The notes beneath the pieces are model-generated. The model worked only from the letters and a program-made list of their open reading frames with translations, was not told where the DNA came from and made no database searches. From positions 18,414,001 to 18,478,000 of the forward strand of contig NC_047016.1 in assembly GCF_902652985.1 (NCBI RefSeq): DNA of 64,000 nucleotides, in the 5' to 3' direction. Source of the stretch: Pecten maximus. Its lineage: Eukaryota. A program made the translations under genes and the position numbers. Each line of letters starts with the position of its first letter. Position 1 is the first letter of the stretch. Shown one piece after another: positions 36,640 through 49,663 of this stretch.

Positions 36640-39600
36640 GTAAGTTAATTTCAACAATTTTACCAAAATGTGTTAGTTCGGTTGTCTAAAATATATGTAA
36701 GGATTGTACTGCATGTTGGCTGCATATACGGTAGTATGTCCGCAGTTTGCAACGGACATTTCCTCAGGTTAGCTCGTTAGCACGAAGAAAATAAAACTTC
36801 GGGTTTGTTGCGACGTTGGTAACTACAGCTGCCGTGGTTCCCAAGATAATATAATTCCGGCGAATCTACGTTAAGACACCAGTAGTGTTAACAAAAGTTA
36901 AAAAAAAAAAAAAGCAATTCAACATTTTTCTTTAATAATCCTTTCGTATTTAATTGATATATTCACAATCCATAATTTCTGTCTCAGATTAACTATGGTT
37001 GTCAAGCACAGCGTGTATTGACACATATTTAATAGTGACGTGGTCAAATGTTCTCTTGGAACTGTACGCTTCAGCCATTTGTTGTTATCTTACCTCGTGG
37101 AGAAGTCAAATATGCACCCATTTCCGCAATATTCAGTTCAGTTTTTTGAAAAAATACTTATCTAACGTTAGATTTTTGTGCGGAGATCATCGGGTTACAG
37201 GAGAAAACACTTAAAATGGGTTGATCAGTCCTTGGCTTTTAAAATGGCGGCGTTAAGATGACGTTCCGGTAACGTCACAAATAGACAACGTCATAATTAT
37301 TTTACCGATTTCCGCACTAATTAATCCATTGAACCTTTTTTCACTGCGTTCACAATTGATGGAATAACTTTCAGGTTTTGAAATGTCGAATCTTTTTTAA
37401 AATGCAAATTGAACAAATCTACCAATATATCTCTGAATTTTACTTCTTTCATTGCAATCATTACATGTTCACTCGATTTTATCTTTTCTATGAAGCATTC
37501 TTTTCATTTCAATATATTTTTATTGATAAACAATGGAATTGATCAACAAGAGAGTTTCCGACTGTTATGTCCATTTGGTAGCTACCAGTAGTCTTTTTCT
37601 CATGTGTTGATAGAACACGCATCTTCCTACTGCATACAAATTGGTACAATGTAAGAATTTAAGTTAAAAGTTACAATCATCTAATGCTAGATACGATTAT
37701 CCATTAAGATTGTTCTTAATAAGTAGATAAATCAATTCTTATACATAACTAGCTAGTCACCAAATATCATTCAATTTATACCCTGAAAGGCACGTTAGAG
37801 GTATAATAATACTAATTAATAAAATGATTGTATAATGAATGTTCAAATATTGAGGTATAGAATCAGTTTGTTTTTCTTTGGCTGTGGTTATGTATATTCA
37901 ACATTATAAATACTAGGAAATACAGATTACTCAGCCCAGGTACTTGCATGGTTGCTTTATATATATATATATATATATGTTAATATATTCAATAGGTGTA
38001 TAATGATTGCTATAGAAAATAGTAAATAATATATATATATATACATGTTACCTGGCACTTTCCATTAACATTACTCAACTAGTGAATATTGATTTAATGC
38101 ATACATGTATAGTGACATTGTATATGTATGTTGATAATAAACACAACGGGTGTTTATTTGCAGGGAATCAAAGATATTCGACACTCGTATTCTGGCCTGC
38201 TGAACTTGTTCTGCTCTGGCTTGTCTGGTAACTTTCCTATAATTGGCGCTGTAACATTCGGCCTTGACCCAACACAGTATGCCATGACACTGATATCGCA
38301 GATTGCAGTGGATTTAAAAAACGATATCTAAAGTTTCTGATGCACGTATCTTACAGAAAGCATGATATATCTTCACTATTGATTCATATTATATTAAATG
38401 TCAAAAAAATTGTCATAGGATTAAAGATGGCGTATTACTTCATAAGATGAGTCCGTGGTTGATATGCGCTGAGACTTGAGGAACTGTCTTCATAAAATGC
38501 AGGTATTGGTTAATCTTTGAAACTTTGAAAATGTAACCTAACCGAGACGGATTGCAACATATTTAACAAATGAAATAGACAAAGGGTTACAATATTTACA
38601 TTTATTACAATTTACAAAGTGAATGTACAACTATACAATATAATACACACTTGCACACACGATAGTCCCTCTTTCACTCCAAATGATGATGTCTCACTCC
38701 AATATTATGCTTCACTAATATATTCACAACACTGGTCGCTATACTACACAAATATATTTACATCTAACATCCCTAAAGTTCATGAGCACTGGTGGTGACT
38801 GGCGCAGTAGATCCCACACATAAATGTCAATATAACCCTCCTGGACCTCTTGGTGTATTCATGTTGTTGTCCCCACTGATGTTCCATAGATATCGGTGAA
38901 ATCCAAATAACCTGTCAGCTATCAGGCACCGCATGGAGAGAGTTTCACCAAACAAATAGACACCAACAGCATGTACATATAGTACAGTCAAGTCGAACGT
39001 TCTCATGAAATGGTCGTAAATCAATCAATGAATGACCAGACAATTAATATAGCCACAACACACAGCTGGGCCTCCATAATATTCAGATACATGTGTCAGA
39101 GAATATCAGAACTCCTGCAACGACATAACAGTCATTGTAGTACCACACCGCCAGGCGTTATAAGAAGACGAACATGTGTCCATTTTGGTAAACAATCGTC
39201 TGCATACGGCTGTTCAGGGCCTCCATACATTCACCGTCAGCTCATAGATAATAGGTATGTATATAGCGTTGACAGGACATGGTCATGATATGGCATTGGC
39301 ATGGAGCTACAATATATAAATAACAATCACTATAAGACTATACCCTAACAATATAATTAACATTCATTCAATAGTTATTTTATACAAACATGGCAATACA
39401 CATAACCGCTCTCGGTATCGTACGTACGCGCACCTGTTAGCTCAGTACTGCCAATAAGTTGCCACGCACGAGCTTATACATACGACAAATACCCTGAAAT
39501 AAAAACATCAACTTACCGTGGCTGAATTTCACGCTCCTTAAGGCTTTCCCAATATATTCACATCTCTACCTGTCAATATGGCTGCCCGCTATGCCTACCT

Positions 39601-42600
39601 TCGTGTCCTCGCATGCGCAGTAACATACAAAAGTTACGCGCGAGAAATCGGCGCGTAATTTAAAAGGTTACAAATATTATACTTACAACCCGAACCGGTA
39701 TGTGACAGAAAATATTCTCGTAACTGTTGTTTTTGGAGATTTGTCTACAAGTGCATGTACGGCCTATTGATTTGTTGCAGGCAAACGACACGTCAAATAT
39801 ACACATGGAATTCAAACGAATTGTGTTTGAAAGAACGATACAACTGTCTTTACATGTATAGGACATCTTCGAATTATGATTATTTACTTATTTAATAGAA
39901 TGGATACGAGGAAAGAACTGCTAGACGGCCTGAAGTCGACACCTAAATATATACCTAGTTGGTATCGTTACGACAAGGAAGGGTCGAGGCTGAACGACAT
40001 GTGTCTACAGGAAAATGAAAACTACTACTTCCATAGATGTGAGCTGAATGTATTGAAAGCCCATCTTTCAGTAAGTTATATATTTTAAAATTATAAGAAC
40101 AATGCGTCTCAATAGATAGGAATACCTTGGTATTTTATATTGACTAATTAGACAAAATTGAGAAAAAATAATCAAAACGTTCAAGAGATGATTTTGAAAT
40201 TAATCAGAATTCATTAATGACTTCAGCAGAGCGATGTCGAGTTGTGTTATACCTTTCCGCTAACTGTTATGAGAGTGAGCTGTGAATGTGAGCTATATTA
40301 AGTTATCATCTAAAACAATTGGTGTTGTCCTGTTTTTTTTATGATTTTTTGAATATGCTTAAATTTGAGTCATAGATTCATTGCAGAGACCAATTTCTTG
40401 AAAATAAAGATAAGCCGTTATGTTCTATCAAGTCATAGGACTTGTTGTTACGATTAAAATACCAGGAAGTGATCACATCTCGGTTATGTGAACTTTTGAA
40501 TTATCAATGATGTGTAAAAGGATAGTGGCCAATACATTGTCAATGGAAATCTCCTTGGAAATTAGCCAGTCTTAAAAGAGTATTCCGCTGTTGAAATCAC
40601 TTTATGCTACAAAATAAATGTTAAGGAAATCTGGTATTTTTGGTAAAAGTGATAAACATTACCATAATACAACATATATAATACGTATATAAAGTTTGAA
40701 GACAGTTAAAAGTTCTTAAGTATTAAAGCAAGTACACTTCACTTCACTAACAAAAACGAAAATGACGGACGTGAGTCCCCGAGTTAGCGATTAGCTAATG
40801 GGCAAACAGAAATCAGAATCAGTGAGAAAATTAGGACATGACAATAAAGCGAACGTCATAAAAAGTCATAAAAATCGGCATCCAGATGGAAAGATGGAAG
40901 AAAGCGAAGGAAGCCGGGACAATATATTTCATTTCTATCCAGAAAGCATGGTACCATTTCTCATGTAACGGATAAAATATCATCCTTAAATATGCTGAAT
41001 CAGTCTCTACAGCTAAGTGTTATTATCTAAACATTGCAAATTCTACGAAAGGTCCATCAGGCCGGTAAGTCATCCATGCACTTCGCCTTTAGTTTATATT
41101 CAATAACACGTAAATATACGTTTGATACGCATTAAACAAACCGGTCTACCATAGGTTGAAGTAAGCAATTTTGCTTCATTGCTGACTTAAATGACAAAAT
41201 AAATTAAGGTGACAATGCATCAAATTTGGCATACATTTCTTGGGGTGTCTCGCTGATTTTCTCGAGTCAATACAATCCATGCACATACTTCTGATGAGGA
41301 CGTTTTATCTAGGAAAGATAGACATTTTGATATTGCAAACATATTCTTTACTTCAATCAATTACAAAGTTTGGAATCCCAAATCGATTTATCTAAGTCGC
41401 ATTGCAGGCCACATCCTATACTTTGAACGTCAAATATTGTCAACAGAAAACTCCTTAAAAATATTCATTCTCGAAAATAAGCCATGAAAAATTAAAAAGA
41501 ATATGAATTGCGGCTTTAAGGGGGAATTAATATGATTCTGAGACGATCCCAGTTACCAGCTTAAATTCACAGATCATTCTCACATCCTATAGTGATGAAA
41601 TGTCTTAAAGACACAAGCTGATGATGTCTATTGCATTTCTAAGAATAAATATTACGCACATGCTTCCATTAACATACGATACGCATGGCTGATTCCCATA
41701 TCTTGCCATAGCCAACGGACGTAGTTACTTGTAAAACACACGAAATATTTTGAGATGACCCCTGATAATTCGCCGCAATTATAATAGACAGTGACGCAAA
41801 TCGGTATATGCCATTTTGTGAACAAGGAAACCGCTCCTGAAGAGAAATAAATTTACGTGACGCCATCTGTTTTTTTTAATTAATTCGAATTCATTAATGA
41901 CCTCAGCAGGGCGATGTCGTCGAAAATCTATTTAACAACGATCACACTTTTGAGTGACCACATTTGGTTAAAAGACAAACTCCTTAAAGAGATCATAGTG
42001 GTGGGTAAGTGTTGAAAGTTTTAGAACAATTGCATTATTATAAAGCACGCTTGATGATAGATTTTCGGGAGGATTCATCTATAATAAATACCCTTTGGAA
42101 CCCCAATAAACACAACACATGTAAAGTAACTTCAATATTGAAGAAAACATGGTCTATTATCCACAAATTGCGCACAACGCAGGAATGCCTGCTAGGTCCA
42201 CCAGTATAAAACTTGATATTGAGGGTAGCTCTCTTCAAACCCATACATTTATTGAATAGACAGAACTGGGAAGGCATTTTGAAAAGTTCGATTTCACACA
42301 AAAATGCAATTTGCTTTTCACAAAATGCTGTAATCCCGTTGTCACCCGCTTCGATATAAACTGAATAGCCACCTCTACGATTCGAACTATGTTACGGAGT
42401 TGGTTGTGACCTTGATATGAGCACTACAACTGATTAAAAGGTGATGCTTCAATTATTTTATGTTTACTGATAGTTCTTTATGATTGATTGAACTTCCTTT
42501 TATAAATATTCACTTATTCCTATGAATTCGATATTTCGACCGCGCGACACACAGAGTTTGACACAAATGATTCCCAGGACGGTTTTATAGGAGCAAGGAT

Positions 42601-45205
42601 AGAATCGGACTGCGATGTTTACGAAATTATTTTGATTGGACGTGGGTGAATTTGAAGTACTATGAGCTAATCATGAATATATGCAAATTCAGGCATCATT
42701 CTGGAGCGAATTTAACATTTTTACCCGTATTTTTGTTGTTAAATTCCGTTGATATTTTCAGAATCGCCTCCATGATGCCTAGGTTATGTCGATCTAGCAG
42801 AAACGTTCTATTCACTTCCTCTAAAGCCCTGATAATCTCACATGTATGTTATTTCTGAACTGTTCCTGTAAATTAAACGTATTGGATTTTTCCCACATTG
42901 ACCTGATGTATGTACTGTACAGTATATGTTATGCTCACAGATCGTGCAGAAGCGAGCGAGCGGCTTCTGACTATATATATATATATATATATTTCATACG
43001 CATAGAATGATGTTAATCCGGTCGAATTTATGGACAAATAAAACTGATTTAATTTGGTAATTTCATTGAGTCTAATTTAAGTAGAAATTGAAATATCACT
43101 TATTAAAGTAAGGACTAAGGGAATCTTCCATATTATATTGATTTTCAGTATATCCATGAAAAATATTTACAGATCAATATTTTGACAAACCTGTACGAAA
43201 AAGATCCTCTGGCCATATCAAAGTATCATAAAGAATGTGGTTTGCCTAATACAATTTCAGATTGCCATTGGTGTGTATCAATTTTGAATTACATTTGGTT
43301 AGGCACTATCTGACCATAGATATTGGTGGCCATGTATCAACCTACCGGATAGAATGTGAAAGGGTATCCTCCTCATACTCGGCGAAACTGTTTAGCCCGT
43401 TGATACACGATGTGTTCCACGTGTCTCGGTATCTCGGTGTTCCCTGGTCCGATTCGGGTTACACATACACATTGATAACTAGACATTATGTTTAACACCA
43501 AATTTAGGATATTTAACAAAAATATATTTGAATATTGTTAAGTGTTGCCATTCAATTTATTATTGATGTATTTAAACAATTGGACCTTGCGTATATGAAC
43601 TCAGTATACGGTGAGATCTCCTCTGCCTAGAGGATATGACGTGATTTCTCCAACTTTTGGGATATTTCTGATTATATTCACCTCGGCAGAGCCTCGAGTT
43701 GGACAGTTCAGTACATTATATCTAGGGTTTGAAATTTCTCTGTCATACCCTCAAGGTAGAGGAAACTTATATTTTCATACTAATTCAAAGTCAGGTTCTA
43801 AGGTTTTATAATGTCATTGTGCAATACATTGTAAGAGTATTAAGCTAGTCCTTATTAAAAACTTCTGATTTGTTTTCCAGTCTATGCTGACGTTTGATAC
43901 CGAAAAGACCGATCTTGTCGACATGGGAAGCGGGAACTGCCAAAAAACACGTTTATTTATTGATAATATATTACAAAATCACGACAAGCTGACTTTTTAT
44001 CCCGTTGATATCTCACATGGTATGTAGTCTCTTTCTTTTCTGGTTATTCTCTAATATTTTTATATTACATGAATTCGATTAATCAAAGTGCGCCAGCCCC
44101 TGATAAACGCATGTTTTGTAGTGTCATTCATGAAATGGTATATATATTTGTCAGAAGAAAACTATATATATATATAAATACCGCGAAAGATAAGTTATAA
44201 GACATCCGTGTGTCTATAGTGAGTAACCACGACACAAACTAAAAACAATCACCAGTTTAAAAGAATGTGCTACCTTATCAATATCTTAGTTGGAGGCAGT
44301 TAAAATTTGATTTCGGGCGAATCCCAGAGTAGAGATATAATACAATATCGACCAAAAAGTGCAATTGGTTTGGTTCAGTTTGGTTTTGTGCCTTTTAAAC
44401 TAAATGCGGCCATTTAAGGACGGTGTCAACGAATCCGCTATCAAACGCTTTCATGGTGAAATCATATTGAAAAGACATACATGGACATAGCTGTGAAACA
44501 CCCGAGTCATTCAAATTATTTTTACAACGGGGGAATCAGTCCATAGGACCAGCTATCAAATATGATGTAGAGTATCAATTTCGGTTTTTCTTGGCTAGGG
44601 ATCCCACGACATCCTTTGTAGGTATGAACGCTCATCTTTTGATCAATAGTGAGATATAACTCATATTCATTTTAGATGTTGTTTTAAAGTAACTTATAGA
44701 TACTGACGTTTTCAGGAAAATACATTTTGGACACCAGGTCACATAATTGTCTCATTTTATAATCTATCAGCCTGCTTCAATCATGAACTAATATTTTAAG
44801 GGCTGAAAACGGTAGAACAGAGGTAAAACCCGTGTATTTCATTTAGATGGTCGGGGGTGAAATGCCCCTATATGCCGTGAAAAGGTATTGGGGTCAACTG
44901 GCCGACCGCGTAAGTTTTCTGTGGGTACTCCAGTCTCCTTCCACAGAAAGATTTCTCGTTCGTTTCCATCCGAGCCAACAGGGGAGATTATGTAATGCTA
45001 ATATAACCTCGTTTCGCAATTGTTGTAAAATAAATAGGTCTGTTATTATAGTAATCAATATTTGATTGAGTCAGGTAACATATTTATTTATTTATTTATT
45101 TTTTGTATCTACAATATTTATTTAATGGTCATATTTATCTTCTCTCTCAGGTCAATGGCATAGTACAGGGCAGGAAATATGGCATTACACTTAATACATT
45201 AATCT

Positions 45206-46420
45206 TCTTTTTTTTTAATTTGTTATTTTCTATTGCATCATTCATTTCAACATTTCATTTACATCATGTTACATATAGTTTCAACAGTAAATTCCATGAC
45301 TTATATAGTTGAAATTGTTGGATTTATATGAAGATAGATCGGACACTTTCCCACTTTTGCCGAGCCATATTGGTTGGAAGATTGTAGACCGAATATAGAT
45401 TTGAACTTCTATAATTCTTTATAAAGGTTTTACAATTTTCCCAATTTGGAATGTGTTTGTATTGTCTTTGCAGAGATTTGTATTTCTTAATCAAAAGAAT
45501 TACTAGATTAAGACCCATTGGTTGTCTGTCATCAAGCGGGAAAGAGTCAGGTTTTCTTTCTAGCCTTATACTATAACATTGATTAAGAGAGTTAATAAGA
45601 CTTGTCCATAATGATTGAATAATGAATCCCAAAAGAGATGGCAAATTGTTTCTGGTGCTCCACTACAAAAACTGCACTCTCCGTTTTCAAGAACTTTTAA
45701 TAACATTGCATTAGTAAAGAACACTCTATGAGTAATTCTATATTGGATACTTTGTAGTTTAGAGTCATTTGTTTCCTTAAACGGAATAACATGGATTTTT
45801 TCCCACTCGTTTTTGCATAAAGATATATCTAACAAGGTATGCCATCTCTCATGAGATTTAATAGGCCACCTTTATAATAATATTTTCATAGAAGTATCTT
45901 GATGGTTTTCAATACTTTTAACTTGATTTAAGTTGTTATGTACAATATTTTCAATACTTTGTCTGTGGTAATTGACCAATCTCTTCCAGCCTCTTGGAAT
46001 GGTACTAATGAGACTAATGAAGTTCATGAACTTAATGTGAACTTGATATTTTTGTATAAATTGTTCATATGTCATAAAAATTCCATTTCCATCAACAAGG
46101 TCCTTTACATAGTATATATCAGCATCACATAATTTCTTTAAAAAAAACAACAGGGCGTCTATTTATTCTAATACTTTTCTTAAACCGTAAAGACTGGTAG
46201 AGAATATCCTCAGGGGCTGCGGGGAGGTATTTAATAATGAGAACCCCAAATCTGTAAAAATTATTTAAAAAAGTTTTCCCTTCTTCTTAATTCTGTAAGA
46301 CCAAAACTGGTTAAACTCTATATTTTATCGCCAACATATTTTTCAATATGGTCAATGAATAGTTTTTTCCGGTCTGAATAATTATCATAGTCTAAACATT
46401 TTTTATCCATATTACTTACA
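45206..46420 (-). mobile_element. 5'-truncated L1/Tx1-like LINE remnant (3' end with zf-RVT-type cysteine motif)
   Basis: Minus-strand peptides QSIQYRITHRVFFTN and CSFCSGAPETICHLFW, plus YVKDLVDGNGIFMTYEQF; T-rich tail near 45206. Confidence 0.7.
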
Positions 46421-48030
46421 AGATTTATTTAATGGTCATATTTATCTTCTCTCTCAGGCCAATAGCATACATGTAATACAGGACAGGAATGATTGCATTT
46501 CACTTGATACATTAATCTGTTTTAGAGTTTTTATCGGACACCTGCAGACAACTTTCTGAAGAATATGCTGAAAAACTCGAAATCAAACCTATTCCTGCTG
46601 ATTATGAAACTGGCATCAGTGAAATCAGGTAGACACGGGTTTCTTTTTCGTTTATTTCTTTGTGTGATAGTTTCGGTCCTGGTCCTTAAGAGCTTTCATT
46701 GATTGAAAAATGCAATCGACAGACCATTTTTCGAAGAAGCTTCATAATGTTATGCCTATCATGAAGTGCACCACGACGTCTAAAATACGTCGTTACTCGT
46801 CTGATGAAAGGTAAAAGGCGAAAACATATGATATCGTGCTATTCAACACGGCTAACGATAGAGTATTGCGTGTCAAACGGTGCATTATTCAACGATTTTA
46901 TGTTTATCTAATGTTTTTCGAGTTTAAATGTGCATGATATATTATGTATTTTTGTATTCTGTATATCAATATGTATGTTATATTATATCATCTATATTGT
47001 AATTTTCCTTTTCTATTTATGCTTTATATTTCAGCATTTTTATTTTATATTTCTCATTCAATATTTTGTGTTTACCTTCTAAAACTTTTTTATTTCCATT
47101 AACTTTAAAATCTAATATAAGCAACAACAAAAATATATATATATATATGAAATAATGCAACGTTTCATATGCCATAGCAGGGACAATGAAGGGGAATTGC
47201 GTTTGTTGTCCTAAGAACACAATTTATGAAAACAATCAGTTTGAATCATGTTCCGATGCTTTAGCACTTTTAATTTTAACTGTATAAGCATCAGCAAAAA
47301 CATGTAAAGGAAACCCTTATTCTAGCTCCAAATCGATCAAAATGTGGATTTTCATGGAAAACAAAGAGGAATTAGACAGACGTTATTTCGGAAAAGTATG
47401 TGACTTCATCTTCATCAATGACACCCGACATAGAAATTCAGAGCAAATCCGGGTTACGTGACATCCTCAAATTAGGTGGTGAAAACGGAATCTGGCAAGA
47501 TGCACCAACAAGCACCGAACACGTCGGAAAGCAGAAGGAAATCGACCATTTCTAAATATTGTTATGGTCGGAATCAAATAACATCGACTTGTGCTGTCCT
47601 TTTGTTTTAACTGGAGTCAACAATGTCTTAGTAACCACCTGAATCAATCGACTCCCTGTCATGTGTGATCACGTTCTTCCATCCCGATGTTCCTATTACT
47701 AGTTACCGGAGCCTGGATTCATAGACTACCTGTCATATGTGACATTTTTGCTGCCCCGTTGGAAGGTCACATACAATTGTTGGCTAGTTTGACTAAATAT
47801 GTGCAAGAATGTTCCACACATAGAAAACAGCATTGTAATTATTCCATGAACTATTTCATGTTTCATTAAAAGCCTGCATAATAAGAAACAGTCGTATATT
47901 TTTCTATTAACCAATTCCATTTCCCTAAATGCTACCACACATGTTGAATAATGTTAGATTATAATGACTTCTAGGGAAGTGTGTATGGGGGATATCTTAG
48001 GTCAAATGTAACCCCCCCCCCCCCCCCACC

Positions 48031-48068
<38 letters not shown>

Positions 48069-49099
48069 AGCATATACGTGATACAGAAATGATATTCAAA
48101 CCTTTGGATATTATGTATATCTCCAGGTATTGTAACACTGTTAATGTATGTGGTGTTACGTTATTGATATAATAACAATTGTGCTCATGAAATAGTTACC
48201 TAATAATGCTATAGGTCAAGTTGTCTTTAGACATTAGGTAAACAATCTACACAAGAACCACCTTAAATAATCTAATATTTTACAATGACATGCTGATATC
48301 TTTTAATTGTCTTTATATCTCTGAAAGGGTTTGTGCGACATGTTCTCGGACACATATGAAACTTGTATATGCATACAAGGGGGAGTCTTGGGTTCGGTAC
48401 TCAACCCGGCCGTTGGCCGCAAGGCTGGCCTTCGAATTTTGGGTGTAAACTGTCATATTCTGTACAAAGTGTATATTCATGTAATAGATGGACACTAATA
48501 AACTTGCTTATAATTAGAAGTAGAATCTACTTATGCTATAACCTGACCCCAAGTAAATCGTGCTTCATTTTTTCTTAGAGGTTCATGAAACGAGAGTGCC
48601 ATACACCTATTTTCTACTTTAAGCTCAGTGATACTGTCAAGCTTTTAATTCATGAAACTTTTTTTCAGGGCATGTATTCACCCAAAATTGATTCTATGGT
48701 TTGGTAGTATCCAGAGTCTTGAACCTGACGACCAAATACGAAAACTACAGCTGTTGAGATCTAGCGATGACAGGTTCGTCCGACGTTGACATGTTTTATT
48801 TCATGTTTTATACAACTTTGATCGTATATATATAATTCATGTAAAATGCCGCTCATTCAATAACACTTTGGCTTATTTTACTGAACCTGACACAAAAAGA
48901 GCGCTTAACAGTGTCGCAGACATCAGTAAGTTTAACTCCAAGAACAGCCGATATATCCGGCAAAATGATATAGTTCCTCTTGTCGTCGTAAAACAAAACA
49001 AGTGCAATCAATGATTGCGAAAACTCAACGGCGGCAGCAATTACACTATGCATTCATTTTTTATGTATGTATAAGCATGTCATTTTAAAATTGTATGTC

Positions 49100-49663
49100 A
49101 CATAATATCGCTCCTAGACCTCTAATGGAGGTATAAACCATATAAGAAGGGTGTGGACTTACAACCTTTCCAAAACTAACCCCCAAAATCTTTTAAAGTG
49201 GGTTTTTGTGTCAAAAAAGTAAGTACACTAAATGGTAAAATGCGAAAAAATCACATTTTTTGTCTGCATGATTTTGCCATAACATCACTCATAGACCTCT
49301 AATGAATGTATAAACCAGTTAAGAAGGGCATGAGGTGTATACTTTTGGACTTGCAAACTTTCCAAAAACTGAACCTAAAAACTTTAAAGTGGGTTTTGGT
49401 GCCAAATAAGTTAGATCCACAAATGATAAAATGCGAAAAAATCACAATTTTTTCCGCATGATTTTGCCATAACGTCACTCCTAGACCGCTAATGAATGTA
49501 TAAACCAAATTAGAAGGGCATGAGGTGTATACTTTTGGACTTACAAGCTTTCCAAAAAGTTACTCCAAAAACTTTAAAGTTTTGGGGGTGGGACGCCGAC
49601 GCCGACGCGGACGCCGGGGTGACAGTATTAGCTCTCGGTTACTCGTAACCGGTGAGCTAAAAA
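49100..49663 (-). mobile_element. Helentron/HINE-like non-autonomous element with internal tandem repeats of about 180-190 bp
   Basis: About 2.5 units starting ctcctagacctctaatg (near 49111, 49288, 49478), gacgcc microsatellite, terminal hairpin agctc..ggttac..gtaacc..gagct followed by an A-run. Confidence 0.55.

Noticed and set aside
38532-39624. Second solo LTR (TGTAAC...TAACA)
   Set aside because: No TSD, no paralogous empty site in the window and no coding evidence; probably a repeat but unclassifiable.
46798-46830. Another hammerhead core (CTGATGA...GAAA)
   Set aside because: No stem II pairing between the core boxes.
47981-48172. Polyproline ORFs (also 6181-6438)
   Set aside because: Poly-C tracts in introns.
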